From Squalus acanthias (taxonomy: Eukaryota), in the NCBI GenBank assembly GCA_030390025.1, contig CM059432.1:90274001-90338000 (forward strand): 64,000 nucleotides of DNA, in the 5' to 3' direction. The first letter of the stretch is position 1. Each line of letters starts with the position of its first letter. Both the position numbers and the translations under genes were made by a program. Shown piece by piece: positions 1 to 12,618 of this stretch. The notes under the pieces were generated by a model, which was not told where the DNA came from, did no database searches, and saw only the letters and a program-made list of their open reading frames with translations.

Positions 1-1113
1 AGGGGGGGAAAGTCCCGGTTCAGCAGCACAACTCTGGCTTAAATGGCCTCATCGAATTTTGGGGGCTTTCAAGTCTAGCTGGTAATAGTTGAGGAAATTA
101 GTATTTTTTGGCAGTCAACAAATACCCATTCTTGAATAGCTTTTTGTTAGCCTCAGCCTGTGAAAAGCAATGTATTGCTTACAACTGTGTAAAGACCTTC
201 ATCACAACCCATTCTGAGGCATCTCTTAGGACGTCCAGGACATCCAAGCTAACCTGAGGCCTTTTTCTCCATGAAGGCAAAATTGTATTCAAAACAGAAA
301 CAAAGAAAGACATAATAGAAAACAATGAAGAGAGTGATATAAGAAAAGAAAGAGGAACTTTATGGAAACTTTAAATGTGAAGCAAAATCTATTGCACTTT
401 TAGAAACAGACTGAAACTGTAAGAGTAACATTAAAATATTATATGCAGTAAATCAATCATTACTATATGTACAGTTAGGTTCATAATCATTTACCAAAAT
501 ATAAACCACACTACCACTTTCTGAATACCTCAGAAAGTAACAACAGTGTTATTGTGATCCAGAGATTGAGACCGGAAGTGGGTCAGAGCAGGATTACTGC
601 CCGCTGACAAGACCACGCGGTAACTTGCACCTGCTAGCCCAACTCTGCCATTTTTCTCGGTGGGTGTGAATTACATACGCAGAGCAGGCTCCCAGCTGTA
701 CCTGCACTCTGCCGAGGGAGCCCACTACCACCAGAGAGGAATATCCTGTGGTGCTACAACTGGGCACTCGCTGCGGCATCTCAAAGGGACGGAGCTACTG
801 TTAAAGGGGGCAGTCTTCAAAATCATACATGGCCACACCCATCCTTTCTTTGCAACCTCCTCCATGCTTACCCTTCAGTCCTCTGACTAGCTTTTTGTGC
901 AATCCCCCCCTCCCTTTGCCCCAACATTGTTAGCAGAGCCTTCAGCCACCTCATCCCTACTCTATAACTACCTCCTTCAAAATTTCTGGCCTAAAAATTG
1001 AATATAGCCAAGAAAAGGGCAGTGTTAAGACTAAATGAGATTAAGCTGTGCCACCTGAAAATGGTCTAGTTAGCTTGCAAAATTCGTGCTCGGTCTTCAT
1101 TAATTTGATTGTC

Positions 1114-2350
1114 ATAGAATCATAACGGCACAGAAGAAGGCCGTTCGGCCCATCGAATCTATGCCGGCTCTCTGTAGAGCAATCCAGTCAGTCCCATTCC
1201 CCCTCTCTATCCCTGTAGCCCTGCAAGTTTATTTCCCTCAAGTGCCCATCCAGTCTCCCCTTGAAAACATTGAGAAAACATCCGTTTCCACCACTTCCGT
1301 CGGCAGCGAGTTCCAGGTCCTCACCACTCGCTGCGCAAAAAAGTTTTCCCTCATGTTTCCCCTGTATCTCTTGCCCAAAACCTTAAATCTGTGTCCCCTA
1401 GTCCTTGTACCATCAACTAGTGGGAACAGCCTTGCCCCGTCTAGCCTATCCAAACCCGTCATAATCTTGTACATCTCTATCAAATCACCCCTCAACCTCC
1501 TTTGTTCTAATAAAAACAAATCAGCTTCTCCAATCTGTCCTTGTAGCTAAGGTCCCCCATCCCCGGAACCATTCTGGTAAATCTCTCTGCACCCTCTCAA
1601 GTACCTTCACATCCTTCCTAAAGTGTGGTGACCAGAACTGGACACAATACTCCAGTTGTGGCCTAACCAGCGCTTTATAAAGGTTCAGCATAAATTCTCT
1701 ACTTTTGTACTCAATACTTCTATTTATGAAGCCCAAGATCCCATATGCTTTGCTAACCATTCTCTCAATATGTCCCTCCACCTTCAGGGACCTATGCACA
1801 TTAACTCCCAGGTCCCTCTGTCCCTGCACACTCTTTAAAACTGTGCCATTAAGTGCATATTGCCTCTCCCTGTTCCTTCTGCCAAAATGCATCACCTCAC
1901 ACTTCTCTGTATTAAATTCCATCTGCCACTTGTCTGCACATTCTGCTAGCCTTTTTATGTCCTGTTGCAGTCGATTGGTATCATCCTCACTGTTTGCCAT
2001 ACCCCCAAGTTTGGTGTCATCAGCAAATTTAGAAATTCTACTCTGTATTCCAATATCCAGGTCATTTATATATATCAAAAAAAGCAGTGGCCCCAGCACT
2101 GACCCTTGGGGAAAAGCACTGTCTACCATCCTCCAGTCTGAAAAACAGCCATTTACCACAACTCGCTGTTTTCTGTCCTTAAGCCAATTCCTTATCCAAG
2201 CTGCCACTGACCCACCTATTCCATGAGCCTCAATTTTGTTAACCAGCCTTCTATGTGGTACTTTGTCAAATGCATTCCGAAAATCCATGTAGACAACATC
2301 CATTGCATTCCCTTCATCAATCCTCTGTTACTTCATCAAAAAATTCAATT
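1114..2350 (-). mobile_element. 5'-truncated CR1 LINE (RT C-terminal half and 3' UTR) inserted in Harbinger copy 1
   Basis: ORF 1521-2303 has MDFRNAFDKVPH, PQGSVLGPLLF, KFADDTKL, LVRPQLEYCVQFW. ORF 1238-1519 has RRLRGDLIE and VVRTWNSLP. CR1 tail at ~1114-1170. Confidence 0.95.
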
Positions 2351-2590
2351 TGCGTAGTCATGATTTCAGTGCTGGAACTGATGTTCATTGGCTTAACGCT
2401 CAACAGGTGGACCAATATCGGGGCCAATCTAATTCACAGTCATAATTACCACAGGTTTTTTTCCACTACTTAAAGGGGAGGTGCATTAATACTGCAGCAC
2501 CTCATTGTCAGGATGGTGGGGTTTTCAGCTGCTCCAACAGCAAACTGAACAAGGTTAAGGACAAGCAAGAGATATTTAGAAATCATCATC

Positions 2591-4360
2591 ATGGCAGATC
2601 CTAGACCAAGGGAGATAGCCCAGAGGTTCTCAGATGAAGCTCTACAGGCATTGGTACTCGTGGTGGAGAGGAGGCAGGTAGTACTAACATTAACAGTAAA
2701 CTGGCAGGAGGCCCTCACAACACACATGTGGCATGAGTTTGCAGACCATGTCACGGCTAGCACTGTTATCCCCAGGACCCATACCCATTGCAGGAAGAAG
2801 TTTAACGATCTCGCACGGCAGGTCAAGGTGAGTGAAGGCTTCAGAAAATGCCTCACACCACCATCTGCACCACAAGCTTCACACACTGCTCAATGCACCA
2901 CACCCCCAGCACACTCAGAGCAACAATTTCTACCTATCACCACTCACACCTCCCAATCATAGCTTCACTTCACTCTCACAACCTTACCACTGCTGCAACA
3001 CTCACACCCACGTCTCACACACAATGACAGCTATTCAACTATGGCAGGCACATCACCCAAATACATTGCACTAAACTCACTCGACACTTTTTTCTCTTGC
3101 AGGCCAAGGTGGCTCATAATCGCCAGGAGCAGATAGGCGGGGGCCTGGCGAACATTCAACAACTAACCAGCTCGAGAAGTGAGTACTGCAGATCATTGGG
3201 TGCCATGTCTCTGACGCCGTGGCAACTAGCCATGGTAAACCTCTTTGGGACAATAATGGTTTGTTCATTCTTAATCCTATTTCTCCCATCCACTTCCCCC
3301 TCAGCCCACAATCTTTTCTCACTTTCAAGCTATTCATGCTGTATGCATGAATTTCTGGCTCCCTCCGCTCCTCACCATAACCTGACACTTGTGTCATTCT
3401 GCTTTCAGATAATCAACAAGCCTGTCCTGTCCCCGAGGGCACCGCAGAGAGTGGGGGGGGGCGGGTAGTGGGGGAAAGACACCGTGTCACTGCATCTCTC
3501 ACTCGCAGTCATCAGCTCAGAAACTGGCACTACGTGAACTTTAGAGGCTAGTGTAGAAGTGGGATCTGCACAGGGTGAGGCACCGGGCACGAGTGGGCTG
3601 CAGCAAGGCCAGGGGGAAAGGATAACTCGGGGGCCAATTCCCCAGGGGGCGAATTCGTGCATGAGTTCTGTTGCACAGGACACAGATGATGACCTCGATG
3701 GGGAAGCCTTCAGAAGAAGGGTGATGGGCATGCACACCAAATTGATGGGTACAATGGCAAAGCTGCCAGAGAGCCTCTTGGCAATGTCAAAGAGTGTGGA
3801 GGAGTTCACCTCTAACATTGCATGGGGCTCTGAGCAGAGCATAGAGCCCAGGATTTCCAGCCTGGAAATGATGGTACACTCCCAGAGAGACCATGGTGAC
3901 CCAGATGTGATGGCGCGCATGATGGGTGATGTCGTAGCTTCCATTGCAGCACAGGCAGAAGCGATCCAACGTCTTAGAGCTGCAGCCGAAGCTCAGACTG
4001 CTCTCATGCAGTCTCTGCTTGGTGCCATCGAAACTCCAACTGCTCTTATGCAGTCTCAGCGTGATGCCACCCAAGCTTATCATGGCTGGGTTTACCACCA
4101 TCGACTGGGGCTTGCAGGGTGTCACAGCAGCCCAGAAATCTGTGCTCCAAAAGATTGCTAGGAATGCTGAGATGCTGCCCCAGGGGCGTGGCAGTGGAGC
4201 AGGAGCCCGCTGTCCTCTCTCAGGATGACAGCATTCCTGTTCCCCCCACTGCCACTCCGCCATTGCCCTTGCCGCTGCCTGTTAGCAAGCCAGCCCAGAC
4301 GACTACCGTTCATGCCGAAGTGGTGCAGTCTACAGCCAGGCCTTGGGGAGCACTAAGACA
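2591..4360 (+). pseudogene. Harbinger Myb/SANT-like DNA-binding protein gene, 3 exons (2591-2827, 3103-~3234, 3409-~4360)
   Basis: Exon 1 encodes RFSDEALQALVLVVERR...WHEFADHV...RTHTHCRKKFNDL. Donor AAG/GTGAGT at 2828, acceptors TTCTCTTGCAG (3102) and TGCTTTCAG (3408). Coiled-coil-like exon 3 with frameshifts. Confidence 0.8.
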
Positions 4361-5567
4361 GACACTAAGGGAATCACAAGGGTGATTAGTTAATAGTATT
4401 ATTATAAATATATGTGGTGATTATTGATAAATTTATCAATTTTGTTTAGAATCTTTGTGGTGTCTCTCATTTCAGCGTTGTGCCCAGAAGAACGCTGTGA
4501 TATTTCACAAGACATATGATGGGGATGTGGTGAGCAACGGGGATCTGGGGTTTCATTCATTTGAATTGGAGTCTGATGAGCTGTTCAAAGACAGCCCGTC
4601 CGGATGGACGATTGGGTGCCTGCCTCCGTCCTCATCCTCATCCTGAGTTGGTGGCGCAATCCCTGTTGGCAAGTGCTGCGCCCTCACGATGGCCAAGTTG
4701 TGAAGCATGCAACAGACCACCACGAAATGGGACACCCGCTCCGCCGAGTACTGGAGGGCTCCTCCCGAGCGGTCAAGGCAGCGGAACCATTGCTTCAGTA
4801 GCCCAATGGTCTGCTCGGTGATGTTTCTAGTAGAAGCATGGCTCTCATTATGAGTGCTGGGCACGAGTGTTGGGGTTGCGGAGGGGAGTCATGAGCCAGG
4901 TGGAGAGCAGATGGCTGCTGTCTCCGAGCAGCCACCCTTGAGTTTGCTGTGATTGCTGGCACACTGGACTGGCGCAGGATGAAGGCAAGATGTCTGCTGC
5001 CAAGATAGTGGGCATTGACATTGAGGATTCGCTGTGCATGGTCGCACACAAACTGCACATTAAGTGAATGGTAGCCTTTGCGATTATGGAAGATCTCAGA
5101 ATTGTTATGTGGCGGCCGCAAAGCCATGTTTGTGCAGTCGATGGCGCCCTGCACCATGGGGAAGCTCGCTATCTTGGCAAAGCCACATGTGCTTGTCCTG
5201 CATCTCTCTGCTCAGAAAGAAGACAACATATTCCTTTCTCCTGGTGTAGAGAGCCTCAGTGACCTGGATGCAGCGATGGATAACGAACTGGGAGATGTTA
5301 GCTATCTCTCTTGCTGCAGACTGGAAGGATCCACTGGCGAAGAAATTGAGGGCCACGGTGACCTTGACTGCCACTGAGAGAGCCGTGGTCGCCCTGCTCT
5401 CAGGCTGCAGGTCTACTTCTGTGACCACCTCCTTGGTGAAGTGAAGCCTCCTAAGACAATGCTTCTCGTTTAATTGGAGGTAGAAGTGCTGTCGGAAAAC
5501 CCTTGGTGGATAAGGCCTCCTGTTGAGAGCCCTCATGGCCCTCTTCCCCTTTGCCATAGATCCTGGA

Positions 5568-5664
5568 CGAAAGTGAGAAGTCACACAACACCAGGTTATA
5601 GTCCAACAGTTTTATTTGAAATCACAAGCTTTCGGAGCGGCTGCTCCTTCGTCAGGTGAAGTGA
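5568..5664 (-). mobile_element. 97-bp Penelope-type terminal fragment with 6-bp TSD
   Basis: Flanked by CCTGGA (5562-5567 and 5665-5670). The homologous Harbinger site at ~16702-16720 is empty. Carries a hammerhead motif. Confidence 0.75.
5622..5659 (-). ncRNA. Minimal type I hammerhead ribozyme motif
   Basis: Minus strand reads TCAC-CTGACGA-A-GGAGC-AGCC-GCTCC-GAAA-GC-TT-GTGA: stem I TCAC/GTGA, core CUGANGA...GAAA, stem II GGAGC/GCTCC, palindromic stem III AAGCTT. Confidence 0.75.
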
Positions 5665-6849
5665 CCTGGAGGGAGAGGTCGACAGCCAGTACAGCCCCCA
5701 TGACTGTGAGCAAGTGTTCTAAGCAGAAGCCTTTAAAAAATAATGAGACAGTTCTTCACTTGCAACAATACTCGTTGTTACCAAAGAACCTTGAAATAAG
5801 TAAAGAAAGCTGTTGGAGTTGCAGGAAGTAGCACACAGCCATTCAAACTGCATAACCATGTCAGGTGCAACTGATTGCTGATGATCCTTTTAAATATTGC
5901 TGCTGCAGCCTCCTTCCTGCTGTTGGACGCCTGCTCTCCGTCATTGTTTAGATATGCCGGTAAGTTGAATGGCAAACAAACGCTACAGATCGGGTGTCAA
6001 GTGAGCATTGCACACTCCCTGACGTCATGATCTCGTTCATTTAAATCCCTCCGGCGATCACATTTACCGGCAGCGCTACCGGCCCTTGCAAAATGGCACC
6101 CACCACGGGAGCTGCCACCAGCTGTCGGAAGAGTGCTGACTGCTGTTTTTTTGACATTTCATGGTGTTAACGGGTGGCGCAAACAACCTAAATTTTTAGC
6201 CCATGTGTCTCTACTTCTCTCCCCACTTTTAAAAATCATCTCAAAACTTATCTTTTTGACTAAGCTTTTGGTCATCTCTCTTAAATCCAGCAACTTGGCT
6301 TGACATTCACTCCTTTCATCCAGTTATTTTTTTCTCCTCCCTATATATAAAGTGCCTTACATTTAACATAGATACAATAATCTGTGTAAAGGTACTGTAT
6401 AAATATAAGTCGATGTTGGATTGTTTCTGCACATCACATCTTTTTGCGGGCATTGAGGGCCATGTTAAACGATGTGCAAGAGAGGGCAGCTCAGAAGGTT
6501 TACAATATTGCAGTCCTGGTAAATCAAAGCACTTTTTCTCAGACAAGTGGAGGTATGAGTGTCTCTGCCTATGTATTCTAGTGCGAGGGCACTGGTCTGG
6601 GTGCTGATTGCCTTAGGTGCAGCCTGAACTGCTTCATGTCCCTATGTTGTTCCACCTCTTCTTCCTCCAAAAAGTAGAAATATAGGGGACAACATAGGAA
6701 TTTGAGGTGGGGGAGGGGGAAACACAGCACCAGCCCTCTAATACGGCCAGTCTTTGGCTTGTCTTTCTGGCCTCTTCAATGCATGGAATGCATCCCTAAT
6801 GGTGCGAGGAGCTGCCAGTGTCATTGAAGTGCAGGGACCTCTTTCTTCA

Positions 6850-7690
6850 CTGGGAACTTTGGCATAGGTCCTTGGTGGGTGCATCTCAGCACTACCCCCA
6901 GGATATGCCCCCCCATGGATTTTCTGGGCCGACCGCAATGACTAGGACAGCTCCTGCCATCTAAAGGTAACAACAGCATTAAGCTTCCATGCCTCAGGAT
7001 TCTTCCAAGCCATCTGCCAGATAGCCAGTGTGCAGTTCATACCTGTATAAAACAAGGGGCTTGTTTACCAGGAGAAACACCTTTGCCACTTTCCCCAAGG
7101 AAACAAGACACCAACTGGAGAGGACACTGAACTACTTCCAGCTGGCAGGCTTCCCAACAGACCAGTGCATTATAGATAGGACCGACTATCCCCCGTGGTC
7201 TCGTCACGCCCTATATATGTAACTTCCTCCAGTGCTACAATGCTCCCCCAAACTCTCAATTCCTCAGACTCTGGGCTCCTGTGCAACCCCATCCCTTGTC
7301 CCACTATTAGTGGTTCTGGAATTCCCTCCCTAAATCACTCTGTCTCTCTAACTCCCTCTCTTCTTTTAAGACCTTTCTTCGAACCCACCAATTTGACCAA
7401 GTTTTTAGTCATTCCTCCTAATAGCTACTTTTTCAGCTCAGCATCTGTTTTTTCCTTACACTTCTGTGAAGTACCGTTAAAAGTGTTATATAAATGCATG
7501 TTGTCGTCGTTGTTGCCGCCGCCAGGGCTCCACATAGCAATCCCAATGCAGGCAGCAACAGTAAGAAACAATACTCCATAAATCTGCAGGTGGTTTCTGA
7601 CTACAGTAATGTGATCCTGTATTTTAATGCCAAATATCCAGGGAATACCAATGGAACTCATTGCCACAGAGGGCAGTGTACGCCAGCTCA
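6850..7690 (+). pseudogene. Old Harbinger transposase remnant split by an L2-type 3' end (~7200-7515)
   Basis: RAPHSNP...KKQYSINLQVVSDYSNVILYFNAKYPG in ORF 7494-7694. The L2-type tail ends TATAAATGCATGTTGTCGTCGTTGTTG. Confidence 0.6.
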
Positions 7691-7694
7691 TTAA

Positions 7695-7880
7695 ATATAT
7701 TTAAGAGGGAATTAGATATATTTCTACAGGCAAAAGGGGTTAAGGGTTACGGAGAGAAGGCGGGGACGGGATACTGAATTGGAGGATCAGCCATGATCTC
7801 ATTAAATGGCGGAGCAGGCTCGAAGGGCCGGATGGCCTACTCCTGCTCCTATCTTCTATGTATCTATGTATCTATGTATT
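7695..7880 (+). mobile_element. CR1 3' tail fragment
   Basis: GATCAGCCATGATC...GGCTCGAAGGGCCG...CCTACTCCTGCTCC followed by (TATCTATG)n. Confidence 0.85.
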
Positions 7881-7933
7881 ACACAGCAATTCATAGTGCC
7901 TGCATCATTTGAAAGTGCAGACAGATCGAACAG

Positions 7934-8765
7934 ATGGCTTGTACTTCTTCCAACTTAGTATACTGTATTCTCTGCTCACGATGCGGTTTCCTCTACATTG
8001 GGGAGACAAAATGCAGATTGGGTGATCGCTTTGCTGAACACCTCTGTTTAGTCTGCAAGCGTGACCCTGAGCTTCTGGTCGCCTGTCACTTTATTTCTCC
8101 ATCCCACTCCCACTCTGACCTCTTTGTCCTCAGCTTCCTACGCTGTTCCGATGAAGCTTAACGTAAGCTTGAGAAACACCACCTCACCTTTCAATTAGGC
8201 ACTTTACAATCTTCTGGTCTTAACATTGAGATTAGCAACTTTAGATCTTAATCACCGCCACAATTTTCTCAGACAGCAGGTGCTGGCAATGGAGGACGGC
8301 TGCACCAGCGCCACTGGGAGTGTAGGTGGTGTGGGCTAGTGCTTGGGGTGCGAATTCTCTATAGGTACACGGCTGGCAGGTGGTCCGCATCCCTAGGGTC
8401 TACCTATCTTTCTCCGCCACATTCCCGGGCCACAGGAGCCTTCACCTCTTTGCCAGATTTTCCATGTTTCCCTCCACATCTGCTATTCTGCTGTAACCAT
8501 TAAAAGCTCCTCTGGACCCATCTTTTAAGAACACAAGAATTAGAAGCAGGAGTAGGGCATATGGCTCCTTGAGCCTGCTCCACCATTCAATAAGATCATG
8601 GCTGATCTTCGACCCCAACTCCTCTTTCCCTCTATTCTATACTTGTCTCATTGTCACCCCCTTTTTGCATTACACCATCATCCCTTTTTTCATGTAATCA
8701 CTCTTGCCCTCTACTCTATCACAGACTTTTTGCCTTTGTTATTTCCTTCCCCCTTTCCCCCCCCA
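7934..8765 (+). mobile_element. Penelope-like element fragment (GIY-YIG endonuclease C-terminus and 3' UTR); terminus probably continues at ~17250-17430
   Basis: CTSSNLVYCILCSRCGFLYIGETKCRLGDRFAEH (GIY-YIG). Downstream LEKHHLTFQLGTLQSSGLNIE. 3' UTR resembles 57290-57360. Confidence 0.85.
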
Positions 8766-8939
8766 GGCAATGTGTTGTTGTTGCATGTGGGAGCTCGTGG
8801 ACACCATTGAGGTCCAGGGCGACCACATCTGCAGCAAATGTTGGCTGCTCGAGGAACTTCAGCTCAGAGTTGATGAGCTGGAGTCCGAGCTTCAGACACT
8901 GCGACACATTAGGGAGGGGGAGCGTTACTTGGACACTTT

Positions 8940-9529
8940 GGGCTGGATTTTGTCTTGGGGTTGGGTTGGGGTCATGTCATCCGCATTTTGTGTTATCCAC
9001 CCGCCTGAAATTGGATGTGGGAGATTGATGCAATTTTCACTTAATTGGGCAATTGAGTTCCAGCATGTGGGAACTCATGAACCAATTAATGGTTTCAGTC
9101 TGAAAGTCGCCTCTGATGATGTCATCATTGCTGCTCAGGAGACAGACAGACTACTACTCCCTTCATCACAATACTACTACTACCTTCATCACATCTCCGT
9201 TGTAATAGTGGACCTGCAGCTGATAGTCAGCTATCCACTTGTGCTCACGCCAGGTTTCACTGGCGTGTTTCACATCAGGTGTACTTCACGTCGGAAAAGG
9301 GTTAAACTAGCTAAAACGTTTCAAAATGGCATTACAGAGCCAATTTAGGGCTTGTTAAGGGCTTTAATGGCCTCTCCCGCCTCTTGGAGGCGGGAACCCT
9401 GCGACCCATTTTGTCAAAATTGCGTGGAAGCGTGTTGGAGTCGGGATGGGGTCGGGACCCCCGAATCTGCTACTTTAACCCCCCACACACCTCCAAACCC
9501 GACTCCACGGGGCATTCAAAATCCAGCCC
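8940..9529. mobile_element. Harbinger-type MITE inserted in CR1 ORF1
   Basis: Perfect 13-bp TIR GGGCTGGATTTTG / CAAAATCCAGCCC. Flanks TTT/TAT. CR1 ORF1 resumes after it. Confidence 0.85.
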
Positions 9530-12500
9530 TATGTTCCAGGAGGCAGTCACACCCACCAGAATAATTACTTCCAATTTGGCAGGTATTGAGATCCAAGAGG
9601 TAGTGGTGGAGGAGCCTCAGCCTTTGGCCTTGTCCAACAGGTACGAGATTCTTGCTCCCTGTGTGGACGAGGCCAGGGACTGCAGGGAGGATGAGCAAAC
9701 TGACCACAGCACCATGGTACAGGGAGCCATTCAAGTGGGGGGAGCAAAAAGAAATGTTGTAGTGATTAAGGACAGTATAGTGAGGGGGATAGATACTGTT
9801 CTCTGCAGCCAAGAGCGTGAGTCCCGAAGGCTGTGTTGCCTGCCCGGTGCCAGGGTTAAGGACATCTCCTCTGGGCTGGAGAGAAACTTGGAGTGGGAGG
9901 GGGAAGATCCAGTTGTCAGGGTCCACGTAGGTACCAATGACATAGGTAGGACAAAGAAAGAGGTTCTGCTGAGTGAGTATGAGCAGCTAGGGGCTAAATT
10001 AAAAAGCAGAACCACAAAGGTAATAATCTCTGGATTACTACCTGAGCCATGAGCGAATTTGCATAGGGTAAATAAGATCAGAGAAATGAACGAGTGGCTC
10101 AAAGACTGGTGTGGGAGAAATGGGTTTCGATTTGTGGGGCACTGACACCAGTACTGGGATAAGAGGGACCTGTTCCATTTGAACGGGCTTCACTTGAACC
10201 ATGCTGGGGCTAGAGTCCTGGCAAATCGAATAACTAGGGCTGCAGAGAGGGCTTTAAACTAAATAGTGGGGGGGAGGATCCAGGTGAGCAGGAAAATAAA
10301 AAGTCAATGAGAAATGAGAAAGCAATAGAGCAGGCTAGAGATGGGGGAAATAATAACCAGAGTGTGACAGGAAGGGACAGAATGTTTAAAAATAAGAGTG
10401 TAACAAAGAAATAGGCCAAAACAAGGAAAAATGGTAAAAAGACAAAGTTTAAAGCTCTATATCTGAATGCACGCAGCATTCGTAACAAGATAAATGAGTT
10501 GACGGCACAAATAGATACAAATGGGTATGATCTGATCGCCATTACAGAGACGTGGTTGCTAGGCGACCAGGGCTAGGAACTGAATATTCCAGGGTATATG
10601 ATAATTCAGAAGGATAGAAAGAAAGTGAGGTGGGGTGGCTTTGTTGGCAAAAGATGGGATCAGTGCAGTGTTGAGAAGTGATATTGGCTCAGAAGATCAA
10701 GATGTAGAATCGGTTTGGGTGGAGATAAAAAATAATAAGGGGAAAAAGTCTCTGGTGGACAGAGTCTACAGGCCCCCGAACAGTAGCAATGCTGTTGGAC
10801 AGAGTATAAATCAACAAATAATGGAGGCCTGTAAAAAAGGTACGGTAATAATCATGGGTGATTTTAATCTCTGTATTAATTGGACAAATCAAATTGGCCA
10901 TGGTAGCCTGGAGGAGGAGTTCATAGAGTGCAGCTGGGACGTTTTCCTAGAACAGTATGTAATGGAACCAACCAGGGAGCAGGCTATCTTGGATGTGGTA
11001 CTATGTAATGAGACAGAATTAATAAATGATCTCATAGTAAAGGATCCTCTAGGAAGGAGTGATCATAGCATGGTTGAATTTCAAATTAAGTTGGAGGGTG
11101 AGAAAGTTGTATCCCAAACCAGTGTCCTGATCTTAAACAAAGGCAATTATAATGGCATGAGGGCAGAACTGGCTAAAGTGGACTGGAAAAACAAATTAAA
11201 GGGTAAGAAAGTTGAAATGCAGTGGCGGACTTTTAGGGAGATATTTCATAACTACCAACAAAAATATATTCCAGTGAGAAAGAAAGATTTTAAGAGAAGG
11301 GAGCACCATCCGTGGCTAACTAAGGAAGTAAAGGATGGTATCAAATTGAAAATGAAGGCATACAATGTTGCCAAGATTGGTGGTAGACCAGAGGATTGGG
11401 AAATTTTTTAAAACCAGCAAAGGATGACTAAAAAAAAATAAAGAGAGAGAAGATGAATTATGAGAGTAAGCTGGCAAGAAACATTAAAACAGATAGCAAG
11501 AGCTTCTGCAGGTATATAAAAAGGAAGAGAGTAGCTAAAGTAAACTGTTGGTCCCTTAGAGGATGAGACTGGGTAATTAATAATGGGGAAATGGCTGGGA
11601 CTGTGAACAAATATTCTGCATCTATCTTCACTGTAGAAGACACTAACAACATCCCAATAATGGATAATCAAGGGGCCACAGGGAGTGGGGAACTAAAGAC
11701 AATCACTATCACTAAGGAAATAGTACTCGGTAAAATAATGGGACTAAAAGACGACAAGTCCCCTGGACCAGATGGCTTGCATCCCAGGGTCTTAAAAGCA
11801 GTGGCTGCAGAGATAGTGGATGCATTGGTTGCAATATACCAAAATTCCCCGGACTCTGGAGAGGTCCCAGCAGATTGGAAAACCGTTAATGTAAAACCCC
11901 TATTTAAGAAAGGAGGGAGACAGAAAGCAGGAAACTATAGACCAGTTAGTTTAACATCTGTCGTTGGGAAAATGCTGGAATCCTTCATTAAGGAAGCAGT
12001 AGCAGGGCATTTAGAAAAATATACTGCAGTCAAACAGAGTCAGCATGGTTTTATGAAAGGGAAATCATGTTGAACAAATTTGCTGGAGTTCTTTGAGGAT
12101 GTAACAAGCAGGGTGGACAAGGGTGAGCCAGTGGATGTGGTGTATTTGGATTTCCAGAAGGCATTCGATAAGGTGCCGCATAAAAGGTTACTGCATAAGA
12201 TAAGAGCTCACGGAGTTGGGGGTAATATATTAACTTGGATAGAGAATTGGCTAACGAACAGAAAGCAGAGAGTCGGGATAAATGGGTCATTTTCTGGTTT
12301 GCAAACGGTAACTAGTGAGGTGCCACAAGGATCGGTGCTGGGCCCCAACTATTTACAATCTACATTAATGACATGGATGAAGGGGTCGAGTGTAATGTAG
12401 CCAAGTTTGCGGATGATACAAAGATGGGTGGGAAAGCAAGTTGTGCAGAGGACTCAAAGAATTTGCAAAGGGATATAGACAGGCTAGGTGAGTGGGCAAA

Positions 12501-12618
12501 CATTTGGCAGATGGACTATAATGTGGGAAAGTGCGAGGTTATCCACTTTGGCAGGAAAAATAAAAAAGCAAACTATTATTTAAATGGAGAGATTTTTTTA
12601 AATGCTACAGTTCAGAGG

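Larger units (their letters stand above)
4553..5701 (-). pseudogene. Harbinger (HARBI1-type DDE) transposase, frameshifted
   Basis: Motifs VAVKVTVALNFFASGSFQ, GAIDCT, NRKGYHSLNVQFVCD, GWLLGD, EQTIGLLKQWFRCLDRSGG and CCMLHN across ORFs 5105-5584, 4795-5157, 4848-5060 and 4553-4864. Confidence 0.9.
988..6202. mobile_element. PIF/Harbinger DNA transposon (two-gene, decayed), copy 1
   Basis: Termini GGCCTAAAAATT (988) and AATTTTTAGCCC (6202). Contains a Myb/SANT gene (+) and a HARBI1-like transposase (-) in convergent orientation. The flanks (~870-987 and 6203-6420) are two halves of one L2-type 3' end. TSD not preserved. Confidence 0.75.

Noticed and set aside
1161..2226. Long plus-strand ORFs here and opposite other CR1 copies (e.g. 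36675-37214)
   Set aside because: Antisense shadows of CR1 ORF2.
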